NCBI GenBank assembly: GCA_009840165.1
Contig: VXOG01000028.1
Span: 57,139-121,138, forward strand
DNA length: 64,000 nucleotides
Direction of reading: 5' to 3'
Source: Chloroflexota bacterium
GTDB taxonomy: Bacteria > Chloroflexota > Dehalococcoidia > Lucifugimonadales > UBA3495
Part shown: piece after piece, positions 42,223 to 51,264 of the stretch
Numbering within the stretch: position 1 is the stretch's first letter
Layout: each line of letters starts with the position of its first letter
Notes under the pieces: model-generated
Database searches by the model: none
The model's input: the letters and a program-made list of their open reading frames with translations, nothing else
What the model was told of the DNA's origin: nothing
Program-made: the position numbers and the translations under genes

Positions 42223-43539
42223 ATGCGCGCGAAACCGGGAGTGACCAAAACCCCGGCTGTCGAAAAACCGCTAACCGCCAGCGGTAGCAAGTACCTACTT
42301 GAACGTATCGTCAAGTGGGTGCTTTTTCTTTTGGCGACCGTTTCCGTCCTGACCACCGTCGGCATCATATCCGTCCTGCTCTACGAGGGCATTCAGTTCT
42401 TCACTTCCGACTTCTACCAGGAGAAGCACAGCGAGCTGGAGGTCACCGGCGAGGCGGCTGGGCTCGCCGCCGAATCGGCTCCAACGACCCTGGCCCCCGG
42501 CATCGTGCCCAGGGTGGTCGTGCGTTCAACCACCGATGCGCTGATCTTCGTCAACTGGGATGCGCCGACCGTAGGCCGGGCCCCAGTCTATTACGACGTA
42601 GCCATCACTCCCAACCTCGGCCTGGACTTGACCGACTGCGCCAATCTCTCCGCCGAGCGCACCTCGTGCGTTATATCCGACGCCGGTCTCGGCCGTTCCT
42701 ACAAGGTCTCGGTGGCCGCGGTCGCCGGCGTGAGCAAAGGAGTCGCGCTGGAAACTGAGTCCTTCCAGGTCCCCGAAAAGGTCCGATGGCACCGCTACTT
42801 CACCGACACCAAATGGCGTACCCTGCTGGTGCCTCGTTCCTACGGAATCTGGCCCCTGCTGGTCGGCACCATGATGATCGCCGTCCTCGCCATGCTGGTC
42901 GCCGTCCCCCTCGGCCTCCTCAGCGCCATCTTCCTCAGCGAATATGCCCATCCCAGGCTGCGCGCCATCGCGAAGCCAATACTGGAAGTCCTCGCCGGCG
43001 TTCCTACGGTCGTTTATGGCTTCTTCGCCCTCTTCTTCATCACCCCGCTGCTCCGGACCATCAGCGACGACGTGGGCATCTTCAACGCCCTGTCCGCCGC
43101 CATCGTGATGGGCGTGATGATTGTTCCCATGGTCTCCAGTTTGAGCGAAGACGCCATGCGTGCCGTTCCCATCTCCCTCCGCGAGGGCGCTTACGCCCTC
43201 GGCGCGACCAAGGTGGAAGTTGCCACCAAGGTGGTGGTTCCCGCCGCCCTCTCCGGCATCGTCGCCGCCTTCATCCTGGGCATGTCCCGCGCTGTCGGAG
43301 AAACCATGATCGTTTTCATCGCCGCCGGCCAGAACGAAAAACTCACCTTCAACCCTCTCGACCCGGTCAACACCATGACCGGCTTCATGGCCACCACCAA
43401 CTTCAGCGACAACGCCATACCCGGAACCGCCCAGTTCCAGGCTCTGTTTGCCGTTGGCATCACCCTGTTTGTCATCACCCTGTTGATGAACCTGCTGAGC
43501 CAGTTACTGGTCGCCCGATTCCGTGAGGTTTACGAATAA
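42223..43539 (+). CDS. pstC: Phosphate ABC permease PstC with inserted fibronectin type III-like domain
   Basis: GIWPLLVGT, AIFLSEY, LAGVPTVVYG, EDAMRAVP..LREGAYALGAT, SRAVGETM; extra ~125 aa after TM1; start ATG 42223 or GTG 42241. Confidence 0.9.
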   Translation: MRAKPGVTKTPAVEKPLTASGSKYLLERIVKWVLFLLATVSVLTTVGIISVLLYEGIQFFTSDFYQEKHSELEVTGEAAGLAAESAPTTLAPGIVPRVVVRSTTDALIFVNWDAPTVGRAPVYYDVAITPNLGLDLTDCANLSAERTSCVISDAGLGRSYKVSVAAVAGVSKGVALETESFQVPEKVRWHRYFTDTKWRTLLVPRSYGIWPLLVGTMMIAVLAMLVAVPLGLLSAIFLSEYAHPRLRAIAKPILEVLAGVPTVVYGFFALFFITPLLRTISDDVGIFNALSAAIVMGVMIVPMVSSLSEDAMRAVPISLREGAYALGATKVEVATKVVVPAALSGIVAAFILGMSRAVGETMIVFIAAGQNEKLTFNPLDPVNTMTGFMATTNFSDNAIPGTAQFQALFAVGITLFVITLLMNLLSQLLVARFREVYE

Positions 43540-44441
43540 TGGCAGTCGTGCTTGAACAGGACTACAATCGCCGGCTTTCGGCCCGGAAGCGCAGGGCCAG
43601 GATGTTCTACGCCGTCTGCGTGGCTGCCGTCGTCATCGCCCTTGTTATGCTGGTCGCGCTGCTCTACAGCGTGATTTCGGAGGCCGTCCACTGGTACAGC
43701 CTGGAAGGTACCTCGTTGAACACTCTGTTCACGGAAGGGCCGTCCAGCAAGGCCATCAAGTCGGGTCTTTTCCCCGCCATCATAGGGACCCTTTGGGTCA
43801 TGGCAATCTGCGTGTTCGTTTCGTTCACCGTTGGCGTTTCTGCGGCGGTCTATCTCGAGGAGTATTCCGGCGGCAGCCGCATCGCCGAGTTGATCCAGAT
43901 CAACATCCAGAACCTGGCCGCCGTCCCGTCAATCGTGTATGGTATCCTCGGGCTCAGCATATTCGTGGCCCTCTTTGCCCTCGGCAAGAGCACCCTCGCC
44001 GCCGGCCTTACCCTGGCTCTGCTGATCATGCCCGTGGTGATCGTGTCGTCCCAGGAGGCCATACGCGCTGTGCCGTCGTCCATCCGCGAGGGCGGCTACG
44101 CTCTGGGCGGAACCCGATGGCAAGTCATTTGGCGTCTAGTCCTTCCCCAGGCCATGCCAGGCATCTTGACCGGCATCATCCTTGCAGTCAGCCGCGCTAT
44201 GGGGGAGGCCGCGCCATTGGTCATCATGGGCGCCCTGTCCTTTGTGTCCTTCGCGCCCGCCCATCCGCTCGACCGCTTCACCGTGCTTCCCATTCAGGTC
44301 TACGTGTGGATTTCCAAACCGCAGGAGGAGTTCCACCAACTGGCCGCCGCCGGCATCATCGTGCTGCTCATCATGCTGCTCGGCATGAACGCCTTTGCCA
44401 TCTTCCTTCGCAACCGACTCCAAAAGAACCAACGGGGGTAG
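43539..44441 (+). CDS. pstA: Phosphate ABC permease PstA
   Basis: AVYLEEY, NIQNLAAVPSIVYG, QEAIRAVP, SRAMGEAAP. Confidence 0.95.
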   Translation: MAVVLEQDYNRRLSARKRRARMFYAVCVAAVVIALVMLVALLYSVISEAVHWYSLEGTSLNTLFTEGPSSKAIKSGLFPAIIGTLWVMAICVFVSFTVGVSAAVYLEEYSGGSRIAELIQINIQNLAAVPSIVYGILGLSIFVALFALGKSTLAAGLTLALLIMPVVIVSSQEAIRAVPSSIREGGYALGGTRWQVIWRLVLPQAMPGILTGIILAVSRAMGEAAPLVIMGALSFVSFAPAHPLDRFTVLPIQVYVWISKPQEEFHQLAAAGIIVLLIMLLGMNAFAIFLRNRLQKNQRG

Positions 44442-44447
44442 TCCCAA

Positions 44448-45233
44448 ATGGCTGCAAGCGCAGTTGCAACCCGTCCCGCTATTCGCGCCATCGACGTCGG
44501 GGTCTATTACGGCTCTAACAAGGTCATCGAAGGCGTGACGATGGACATGCCGGAAAACGAAATCACCGCCATCATCGGCCCCAGCGGCGCCGGCAAAAGC
44601 ACTCTGCTCCGCTGCATCAACCGTATGAACGACCTAATCGAAATCTTCCGCATGGAGGGCGAGATGTGGTTCGGCGATTTCAACCTCTACGCGCCCGATT
44701 CCGATCCCACCCAGATCCGCTACCGCATCGGAATGGTGTTCCAGCGCCCCAACCCTTTCCCGAAGTCAATCTACGAAAACGTAGCTTTCGGGCCCAAGAT
44801 CAACGGGTTCACCGGCAGTATGGACGACATCGTGGAGCAGTCCCTACAGGGTGCGGCCCTTTGGGACGAGGTCAAGGATCGCCTCAGGGAGTCGGCTTTG
44901 GCGCTTTCCGGCGGCCAGCAGCAGCGCCTGTGCATCGCCCGTGCGTTGGCCGTCGAACCCAGCGTCATCCTCATGGACGAACCTTGCTCGGCCCTGGACC
45001 CCATCGCCACCCTGGCCATCGAAGAGCTGATGCAGGAGCTGAAAAAGCGCTACAGCATCGTCATCGTAACCCACAACATGCAGCAGGCGGGCCGCGTCTC
45101 CGACAAGACCGCGTTCCTGATGCCAGACGAGAACCGGGTCGCCCACCTCATCGAGTTTGGCGACACCCGCACCCTTTTCACCAACCCCTCCTACGAACGC
45201 ACCGAAGCATACATCACCGGGCGGTTCGGCTAA
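44448..45233 (+). CDS. pstB: Phosphate ABC ATPase PstB
   Basis: [57 protein letters not shown]. Confidence 0.97.
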   Translation: MAASAVATRPAIRAIDVGVYYGSNKVIEGVTMDMPENEITAIIGPSGAGKSTLLRCINRMNDLIEIFRMEGEMWFGDFNLYAPDSDPTQIRYRIGMVFQRPNPFPKSIYENVAFGPKINGFTGSMDDIVEQSLQGAALWDEVKDRLRESALALSGGQQQRLCIARALAVEPSVILMDEPCSALDPIATLAIEELMQELKKRYSIVIVTHNMQQAGRVSDKTAFLMPDENRVAHLIEFGDTRTLFTNPSYERTEAYITGRFG

Positions 45234-45288
45234 CCTTCCACTCGCCGGGCCGGCCGCGCAGACACGGGAACCATCGGGAGACGCTGAA

Positions 45289-45963
45289 ATGCTACGCTCC
45301 GACTACGACCGCAATCTGACCGACCTGCAAACTGACCTGGCCGAAATGGGCAGCCTGGTGGAATCGGCTACCCAATTGGCTCTTAGTGCCCTCGAATCCC
45401 AAAACGTCGGGCTGGCTCAACAGGTTATTGACGCCGACGACGACATCGACCGCCTGCAAGACGCTCTTGAAAGCAAGTGCGTCATGCTCTTGGCTACTCA
45501 GCAGCCGGCCGCCACCGACTTAAGGGCCGTTTTGTGCGCTGTCCACATCGCCGCCGAGCTGGAGCGCATGGGAGACTACGCCGAGGGCATCGCAAAAATC
45601 TGCATCCGCATCGGCGATCAGCCTCTGGTCAAGCCGCTGATTGATATTCCGCGAATGGCTGAACTCGCGTTGAAGATGCTTGACGAGAGCTTGCTGGCGT
45701 ACACCAGCCGGGACGAATGGCTGGCCCGCAAAGTGTGCGCCGATGACGATGCGATTGACGACCTGTACAATCAGATCTACCGCGAATTGCTGACCTACAT
45801 GCTCTCCGATCCCAGGACCATTGAGCGCGCTACCTATTTGCTGTGGGTCGCCCACAACCTGGAGCGCATCGCCGACCGGGCCACCAACATCGGCGAGCGC
45901 GTTCTATGGCTGGTCACCGGCAATACCGTGGGCAATCGCCCCGAAAACCGGTCGTTGCGGTAG
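45289..45963 (+). CDS. phoU: Phosphate signalling protein PhoU
   Basis: QQPAATDLR, LERMGDYA, KPLIDIPRM, LERIADRATNIGE; ATG 45289 after GGGAG. Confidence 0.95.
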   Translation: MLRSDYDRNLTDLQTDLAEMGSLVESATQLALSALESQNVGLAQQVIDADDDIDRLQDALESKCVMLLATQQPAATDLRAVLCAVHIAAELERMGDYAEGIAKICIRIGDQPLVKPLIDIPRMAELALKMLDESLLAYTSRDEWLARKVCADDDAIDDLYNQIYRELLTYMLSDPRTIERATYLLWVAHNLERIADRATNIGERVLWLVTGNTVGNRPENRSLR

Positions 45964-45989
45964 ATCCGAAAAATTCGCTCCGGCCAGCG

Positions 45990-46018
45990 TTGACAATTCC
46001 CGACCCCGGCAGTATAGT
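45990..46018 (+). promoter_or_regulatory. Sigma70 promoter of the sulfite reductase leader
   Basis: TTGACA (45990-45995), 17 nt, TATAGT (46013-46018). Confidence 0.8.
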
Positions 46019-46026
46019 TTTCGCAA

Positions 46027-46101
46027 ATGCAAAGTAGTTGCAAAACCGTCGCCTTCTGCACTTGTTCTTGTCCACGCACATTGGGGGCAGGACTACCCTA
46101 A
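46027..46101 (+). CDS. Cys-rich leader peptide (attenuator uORF) MQSSCKTVAFCTCSCPRTLGAGLP
   Basis: ATG 8 nt after the -10 box; 4 Cys codons, 3 clustered as CTCSC; followed by a terminator hairpin. Confidence 0.75.
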   Translation: MQSSCKTVAFCTCSCPRTLGAGLP

Positions 46102-46126
46102 CTTGACCCGTACAGGCGCCGCCCGC

Positions 46127-46163
46127 TCCCACCGATTTTGCCATTGGCACGGTGGGATTTTTT
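46127..46163 (+). terminator. Intrinsic terminator of the attenuator
   Basis: TCCCACCG (46127-46134)/CGGTGGGA (46150-46157) stem with inner TGCC/GGCA, then T6; lies upstream of the reductase RBS. Confidence 0.8.
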
Positions 46164-46186
46164 GTGTCACAACCGAGGAGGACACC

Positions 46187-48022
46187 TTGACCACCCAAGC
46201 CCAATCCCCCAGCCTGGAAGACATCCACGCATCCAGCCTCAAGCTGGCGGAAGACGCCGGCGCCATCATCCCGTTCATGGAGGATGAAATTCAGCGTTTC
46301 GACGGTGAGGTCGATCGCTTCCGCACGGGCGAGCTGGACAACACTGTCTTCACCCCGTTCCGCCTGCGTCAAGGCGTGTATGGCCAGCGCCAAGCCGATG
46401 TGCAGATGATCAGGGTCAAGTTGCCCGGCGGCATCATCTCCGCGGATATGCTCGACTGCTTCGGGGAAATCTCCGAAAAATACGCTCCCCTGAAGAAGGG
46501 GCACATCACCACCCGCGAAAACATCCAGCTCCACCACATCCCGCTGGAGCAAACCTCTGAAGTGCTGCTCGAACTGGGCCGCGTGGGCCTCTCCACCCGC
46601 GAAGCGTGCGGCAACACCGTTCGCAACGTGGTCGGCCCCGCCACAGCCGGCGTGAGTCCAGAGGAAGTGTTTGACCCCACGCCCTACCTGACCGCATACG
46701 TCCGTTTCGGCGTCCGTCACCCCATCACCCAGAACTTCCCCCGCAAGTTCAAGTCGGCTTTCACCGGCAACGACAAGCGGGACGAAGTGGCGGCGGCGAT
46801 CCAGGACTTGACCTTCGTTTCGCAATACCAGGAAGTGGACGGCGAGCAGCGTAAGGGCTTCAAGGTCTATTGCGGCGGCGGAACGTCCATCATGCCCCGG
46901 CTGGCCAAGCCCCTCTACGAATGGGTATCCGAGGACGACTACCTTCGCGTAGCTCTCGCGGTATGGACCGTTTTCAACAACGCCGACATCCTCCGCAAGA
47001 ACCGCATGATGGCCCGCCTCAAGGTGTTGATCGACAAGATCGGCCTGGACGAGTTCCGCACTATGGTGGACGCCGAGTTGGCCAACATAGGCCCCATCGA
47101 CTTCCGGCCCCTGATGGCCGCCGAAGAAATCCAGCGCGAAGACCCGCCCACGCAGCCTGCTTCATCCAACGGCAATGATTCCAGCCCGGAATACCAGGCA
47201 TGGCTCAACTCCAACGTGGAATCGCAGCGGCAGGATGGCTACCACGTCATCTACATTAAGGCCGTCCGCGGCGACCTCAATCCGGCCCAGTTCCACGGCC
47301 TGGCGGATATAGTCCGCAAGTACACCGGCGGCAAGGCCCGCACCACCCAGGAACAGAACATCGTCCTCCGCTGGGTTCCCACGGGATACCTGCACGACGT
47401 GTGGGAAGCGCTCAAAGAACTGGAACTCGCCGAAGCCGGCCACAACCACATCAGCAACGTGGTCTCCTGCCCCGGCACCGACAGCTGCAAACTGGGCATC
47501 ACTGCGTCAATGGGATTGGCTAAAGCCCTCCGGGATGAAATGTCGAACTGGAACGGCCTCGCTGATGACGCCGGCGTCGGCGACATCAAAATCAAAATGA
47601 GCGGCTGCCCCAACGGCTGCGGCCTCCATCACATCGCCAACATCGGGTTCCACGGCGCGGCGGTCAAGGGCGTGGACGCCCAGCAGATACCGTCCTACGA
47701 ACTGTTCCTTGGCGGCAACTACGGCGACAACCAAGTTGAGGACTCTCGGATTGGCACTCGCGTCCCCAAGGTCAAGGTGCCCGCGAAGTTGGTCCCGTCG
47801 GTGCTGAAAGACATCGTCACCTACTACAAGGACAACCGCAGCGACGACTCCGAGAGTTTCAACGACTTCCTTGACCGCGTGGGCCTCGAAGAGCTTACTT
47901 CGGTCGCTGCCCGCGCCCAGGAAGTTGGACACGAAGCCGAGGGCGGCGGCGAGATGTACTTCGACTGGGAGCGCACCAATCAGTACGTGCTGGAACGCGG
48001 CGAAGGCGAATGCGCCGTCTAG
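46187..48022 (+). CDS. Ferredoxin-dependent sulfite (or nitrite) reductase, siroheme-[4Fe-4S]
   Basis: GVYGQRQ, HITTRENIQ, REACGNTVRN, PRKFK, CPGTDSC, SGCPNGC; TTG start after GAGGAGG. Confidence 0.92.
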   Translation: MTTQAQSPSLEDIHASSLKLAEDAGAIIPFMEDEIQRFDGEVDRFRTGELDNTVFTPFRLRQGVYGQRQADVQMIRVKLPGGIISADMLDCFGEISEKYAPLKKGHITTRENIQLHHIPLEQTSEVLLELGRVGLSTREACGNTVRNVVGPATAGVSPEEVFDPTPYLTAYVRFGVRHPITQNFPRKFKSAFTGNDKRDEVAAAIQDLTFVSQYQEVDGEQRKGFKVYCGGGTSIMPRLAKPLYEWVSEDDYLRVALAVWTVFNNADILRKNRMMARLKVLIDKIGLDEFRTMVDAELANIGPIDFRPLMAAEEIQREDPPTQPASSNGNDSSPEYQAWLNSNVESQRQDGYHVIYIKAVRGDLNPAQFHGLADIVRKYTGGKARTTQEQNIVLRWVPTGYLHDVWEALKELELAEAGHNHISNVVSCPGTDSCKLGITASMGLAKALRDEMSNWNGLADDAGVGDIKIKMSGCPNGCGLHHIANIGFHGAAVKGVDAQQIPSYELFLGGNYGDNQVEDSRIGTRVPKVKVPAKLVPSVLKDIVTYYKDNRSDDSESFNDFLDRVGLEELTSVAARAQEVGHEAEGGGEMYFDWERTNQYVLERGEGECAV

Positions 48023-48043
48023 CAACTCCCACACGGTAACGCA

Positions 48044-48868
48044 ATGGCTGCGGCATCCCTGAACGGAAGAGTGCTGGCCTTTGTCGAGGCTCGAATGCCC
48101 GACGAAATGGCCAGCCTCATTCGCCGGCATGGTGGCGTCCCCTATGGCGCGCCTGTCCTCCAGGAACACTACCTCAAGGACAGCCCGGAGGTTCAGCAGG
48201 CGATCACGGATGTTTGCGAAGGTCGGGTTGACACCGCCGTCTTTCTAACCGGCGTGGGCGCTAACGCCATGATGGGCATCGCCGAGGCGATGGGACGCCT
48301 GCCGGAGTTTGAGGACGCGCTGCGCGATATTACGGTGGTAGCGCGCAGTCCCAAGCCCGGCCGTGTTCTGCGACGCCACAAAATCCCCATTACCATCATG
48401 CCGCCCGAACCCTACACTTCCTCGGATCTGACTGCTGCCATGGCGGCGCTGGACCTCAGCGGCAAGAGGGTAGTTTTCCAGCGATACGGCGGTCCCGACT
48501 CCGAGCTACCGACATACCTGCGCGAACAGGGAGCGAACTACCAGGAACTGACCCTGTATGATTGGGGTCTGCCCGACGACACCAGCCCGGTCGTCAAGTT
48601 GATCGACCGCATAGAACGCGGAGAGGTGGACGCCCTGGCGTTCACCAGCCGACCCCAGGTGCCCAACTTGTTGGACATCGCCACCCAAGCCGGCAAGGAG
48701 GAGTCGCTCAGGAGCAGCCTTGCCGGCTCCGTTGCCGTCGCGTCGGTGGGGCCCGTCTGCACCCGCAAGCTTCTGGAGCAAGGAATCAACGTTGACATCG
48801 AGCCGGAGCACCCCCACATGGGCAACCTGGTAATGGCCGTAGCCGACTATTTCGACGGCCGCTCCTAG
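48044..48868 (+). CDS. hemD: Uroporphyrinogen-III synthase
   Basis: FLTGVG, VARSPKP, YDW, AFTS..QV, SVGPVC. Confidence 0.88.
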   Translation: MAAASLNGRVLAFVEARMPDEMASLIRRHGGVPYGAPVLQEHYLKDSPEVQQAITDVCEGRVDTAVFLTGVGANAMMGIAEAMGRLPEFEDALRDITVVARSPKPGRVLRRHKIPITIMPPEPYTSSDLTAAMAALDLSGKRVVFQRYGGPDSELPTYLREQGANYQELTLYDWGLPDDTSPVVKLIDRIERGEVDALAFTSRPQVPNLLDIATQAGKEESLRSSLAGSVAVASVGPVCTRKLLEQGINVDIEPEHPHMGNLVMAVADYFDGRS

Positions 48869-49197
48869 TATTTGAACTCTTCCCGCACCGGGCTGAATAT
48901 GTCCAGGGCGATGGCTTTGGTTTCCTGCCCTTTGGCATAGTGCTCCACGTCGCCGGGGATTATGTACATATCCCCCGGCTTGAGCACTCTCACCTCGCCG
49001 CCGATTCCCATTTCCAGCTCGCCCTCGACTATGATGCCGCCCTGTTCATGCGGGTGGGTGTGCAACGGCACCAAGGCGCCGGCCTCCACTTCCACCAAAG
49101 AGAACAGCATCTGCGCCCCCCAGAATGTCCGCGTGCGCGCGCCCTCCGCCAACTCTTTGTAGCCACGGCCGCTCGGCTCCAGAAAATACTTGCTCAT
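48865..49197 (-). CDS. Cupin-domain protein
   Basis: HTHPHEQ and IPGDVEH metal motifs, DIFSPVRE. Confidence 0.9.
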   Translation of the reverse strand: MSKYFLEPSGRGYKELAEGARTRTFWGAQMLFSLVEVEAGALVPLHTHPHEQGGIIVEGELEMGIGGEVRVLKPGDMYIIPGDVEHYAKGQETKAIALDIFSPVREEFKY

Positions 49198-49221
49198 AGG
49201 TCGTCTCCTTATTGGTTGCAG

Positions 49222-50097
49222 TCAGTCAAACCCCAACCCTTTTTCCTTCAGGCTGCTGAAGCGTCCGCCCTGTCCTATTATCAAGTGGTCCAGCAGTTCA
49301 ATGTCCATCAATTTGCCGGCGGATACCAGGTCGCGGGTAACCGCCACGTCCTCGGCGCTTGGCGTCGGGTCACCCGATGGGTGGTTGTGCACCACGATGA
49401 TCGAAGGGGCGTTCTCCCGCACTGCCGGCCGTAGAACCTCCGCAGGGCGTACCGCGCTGCTGTTCACGGTGCCGATGTAGATTTGACGCTTGGCTACAAC
49501 CTGATTGCGCGTATTCAGCAACAGGACAACCAGGTGCTCTTGCGCCAAAAGCGACATCTCCGCCGCCACCAGGTTCGCGGCGTCCTGAGGACAGGAGATC
49601 TGCGCCCTTTCCTCCGGCGCCAGCGACGCGATGCGCCGGCCCAACTCCAGGGCCGCCAGGATCTCGCAGGTCTTGGCGTCGCTCAGGCCGCGCTGGCTAT
49701 TGAGTTCAGCGTAGCCCACTCGCGCCAGCCCTCCCAGCCCCTCAAACTCCGCCAGCACCCGCGTCGCCAGGCTGATGGCGTTTTCCCCGGCGATACCCGT
49801 CCGGAGCAGAATCGCAACCAGTTCGGCGTTGTTCAGGTAGCGCGGGCCGTGCTCCCGCAGTCGTTCCCGTGGCCGTTCCTGCGCCGGCATTTGCCGAATA
49901 GTGGGCTGGTAGGAAGGACGCTCCGGGCGACGGGGCGCTGGTTTAGCAGGGGAGGAACCCACCGGCCCGGAATTGCCGGGAGCCTCGGGATCCTTTGCTG
50001 AGACGCCGGCGATGATTTCCTCAAGATAGGCCCGGAAATCATCCAGCGCAGCGGCTTCGGCGGCCGATCCAGCTATGACCATCGTCTTCTCCGGCAC
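49222..50097 (-). CDS. radC: RadC family JAB-domain protein
   Basis: ERPRERL, ELVAILLRTG, ELGRR, HNHPSGDPTPS.ED, LLDHLII; start uncertain. Confidence 0.93.
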   Translation of the reverse strand: MPEKTMVIAGSAAEAAALDDFRAYLEEIIAGVSAKDPEAPGNSGPVGSSPAKPAPRRPERPSYQPTIRQMPAQERPRERLREHGPRYLNNAELVAILLRTGIAGENAISLATRVLAEFEGLGGLARVGYAELNSQRGLSDAKTCEILAALELGRRIASLAPEERAQISCPQDAANLVAAEMSLLAQEHLVVLLLNTRNQVVAKRQIYIGTVNSSAVRPAEVLRPAVRENAPSIIVVHNHPSGDPTPSAEDVAVTRDLVSAGKLMDIELLDHLIIGQGGRFSSLKEKGLGFD

Positions 50098-50142
50098 AAA
50101 ATAGCGTCGCCGGCCAGTCTAAATCGGCTCCCTTCCATTGCG

Positions 50143-51264
50143 CTACAGTGTGCTGTCATCAATGTATCGGCCCGGCAAAAATTCGTGGGCGTCCAGGTCA
50201 TCGATGGCGGTCAAGGTGCGAGTCAAGAATACTTCGGCCAGTTGTAGGCTGCGGTCGCTAGAGAAGTCGAGCTGCCCGCCGGCGACAATCGGAGTCAGGA
50301 AGCACCCCAGCATAACCTGGCGATAGCTGCGCCAGCATTCCTCGAACGTGAAGTCTTCCACCCCGGTACTGCGAAGGACTTGGTGGTATTCGGACAGTAC
50401 CTCCCGCTCAATCTCCCGGCGAACTCCGGGGGCAACGCTGGATGACAGGAAGTAGGCCACGTCGTACAGCCCACTGGATATGCCGCAAACCTGCCAGTCA
50501 ACGACGGCGAAATCATCGCTGTCGGCGCTGAAGAACATGTTGTCCAGCCTGAAATCGCCGTGGGAAAACGTTCTCGACCCGGCGGCTACGGCGTCCAGGT
50601 GCTCAACGATACTTCGCCCGTATTCCTCGGCGAGCCACCGCATCGGGTCCGGGAAAAGGTGCCCGAAACGGTTGAGAGCGGCCGGCAGGCTGGCCTGATA
50701 TACCGCGCGAACCAGCGGACGGCGTTCCGGGCTCGTGGAATCATGAAAACCCGATATGGGCGGTTCGTCCACCTTGTTCCAGTAGCGTCCGTGCAGGCGG
50801 GCCACCGCCCGGATGGCGGTCTTCGCCTGCTCCGGGCTGGCACCGTCGAGCTGGTCCACCGACGCCATCTCGCGTAAATCCTCCAACACCAGCACAAAGC
50901 GATGACTGCTGTCATCGAAGTCGCCATACAGGAGGGCCGGTGATCGGACCGGGACATGGTGCGCCACCTGGCGGTAATAGGCATACTCCCGGTAGTACAA
51001 CCCCAGCGTGCGCGCGGTCTGTGCCGTTTCCGGGTGCGAACTGGGCAGTTTGACGATGACGGTTTGGGGGCCGGCGGAGTCAACATCCCGGTACGACAGG
51101 TGACAGCGCAGGATTTTCCCCACCAGGCCAACGCCGCTGCCGATTTCCTCGACAACGGCGTTTTGGATTTCCGGCGAATCACTGTCGCCGCCGTCGGACA
51201 ACGCCCGCGCCAGCCAGTCAGTGGTTAGTTCGCTTTCCGTTCCGGGTATGCCGAGGCTGACCAT
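50143..51264 (-). CDS. Aminoglycoside/choline/ecdysteroid kinase-like phosphotransferase
   Basis: VIVK, REYAYY, LVLEDL, HGDFRLDN, VVDWQ, YDVAYF. Confidence 0.88.
   Translation of the reverse strand: MVSLGIPGTESELTTDWLARALSDGGDSDSPEIQNAVVEEIGSGVGLVGKILRCHLSYRDVDSAGPQTVIVKLPSSHPETAQTARTLGLYYREYAYYRQVAHHVPVRSPALLYGDFDDSSHRFVLVLEDLREMASVDQLDGASPEQAKTAIRAVARLHGRYWNKVDEPPISGFHDSTSPERRPLVRAVYQASLPAALNRFGHLFPDPMRWLAEEYGRSIVEHLDAVAAGSRTFSHGDFRLDNMFFSADSDDFAVVDWQVCGISSGLYDVAYFLSSSVAPGVRREIEREVLSEYHQVLRSTGVEDFTFEECWRSYRQVMLGCFLTPIVAGGQLDFSSDRSLQLAEVFLTRTLTAIDDLDAHEFLPGRYIDDSTL

Noticed and set aside
49222-50097. radC as a marker of a mobile or anti-restriction island
   Set aside because: Full-length chromosomal-type RadC among metabolic genes; no integrase or att sites
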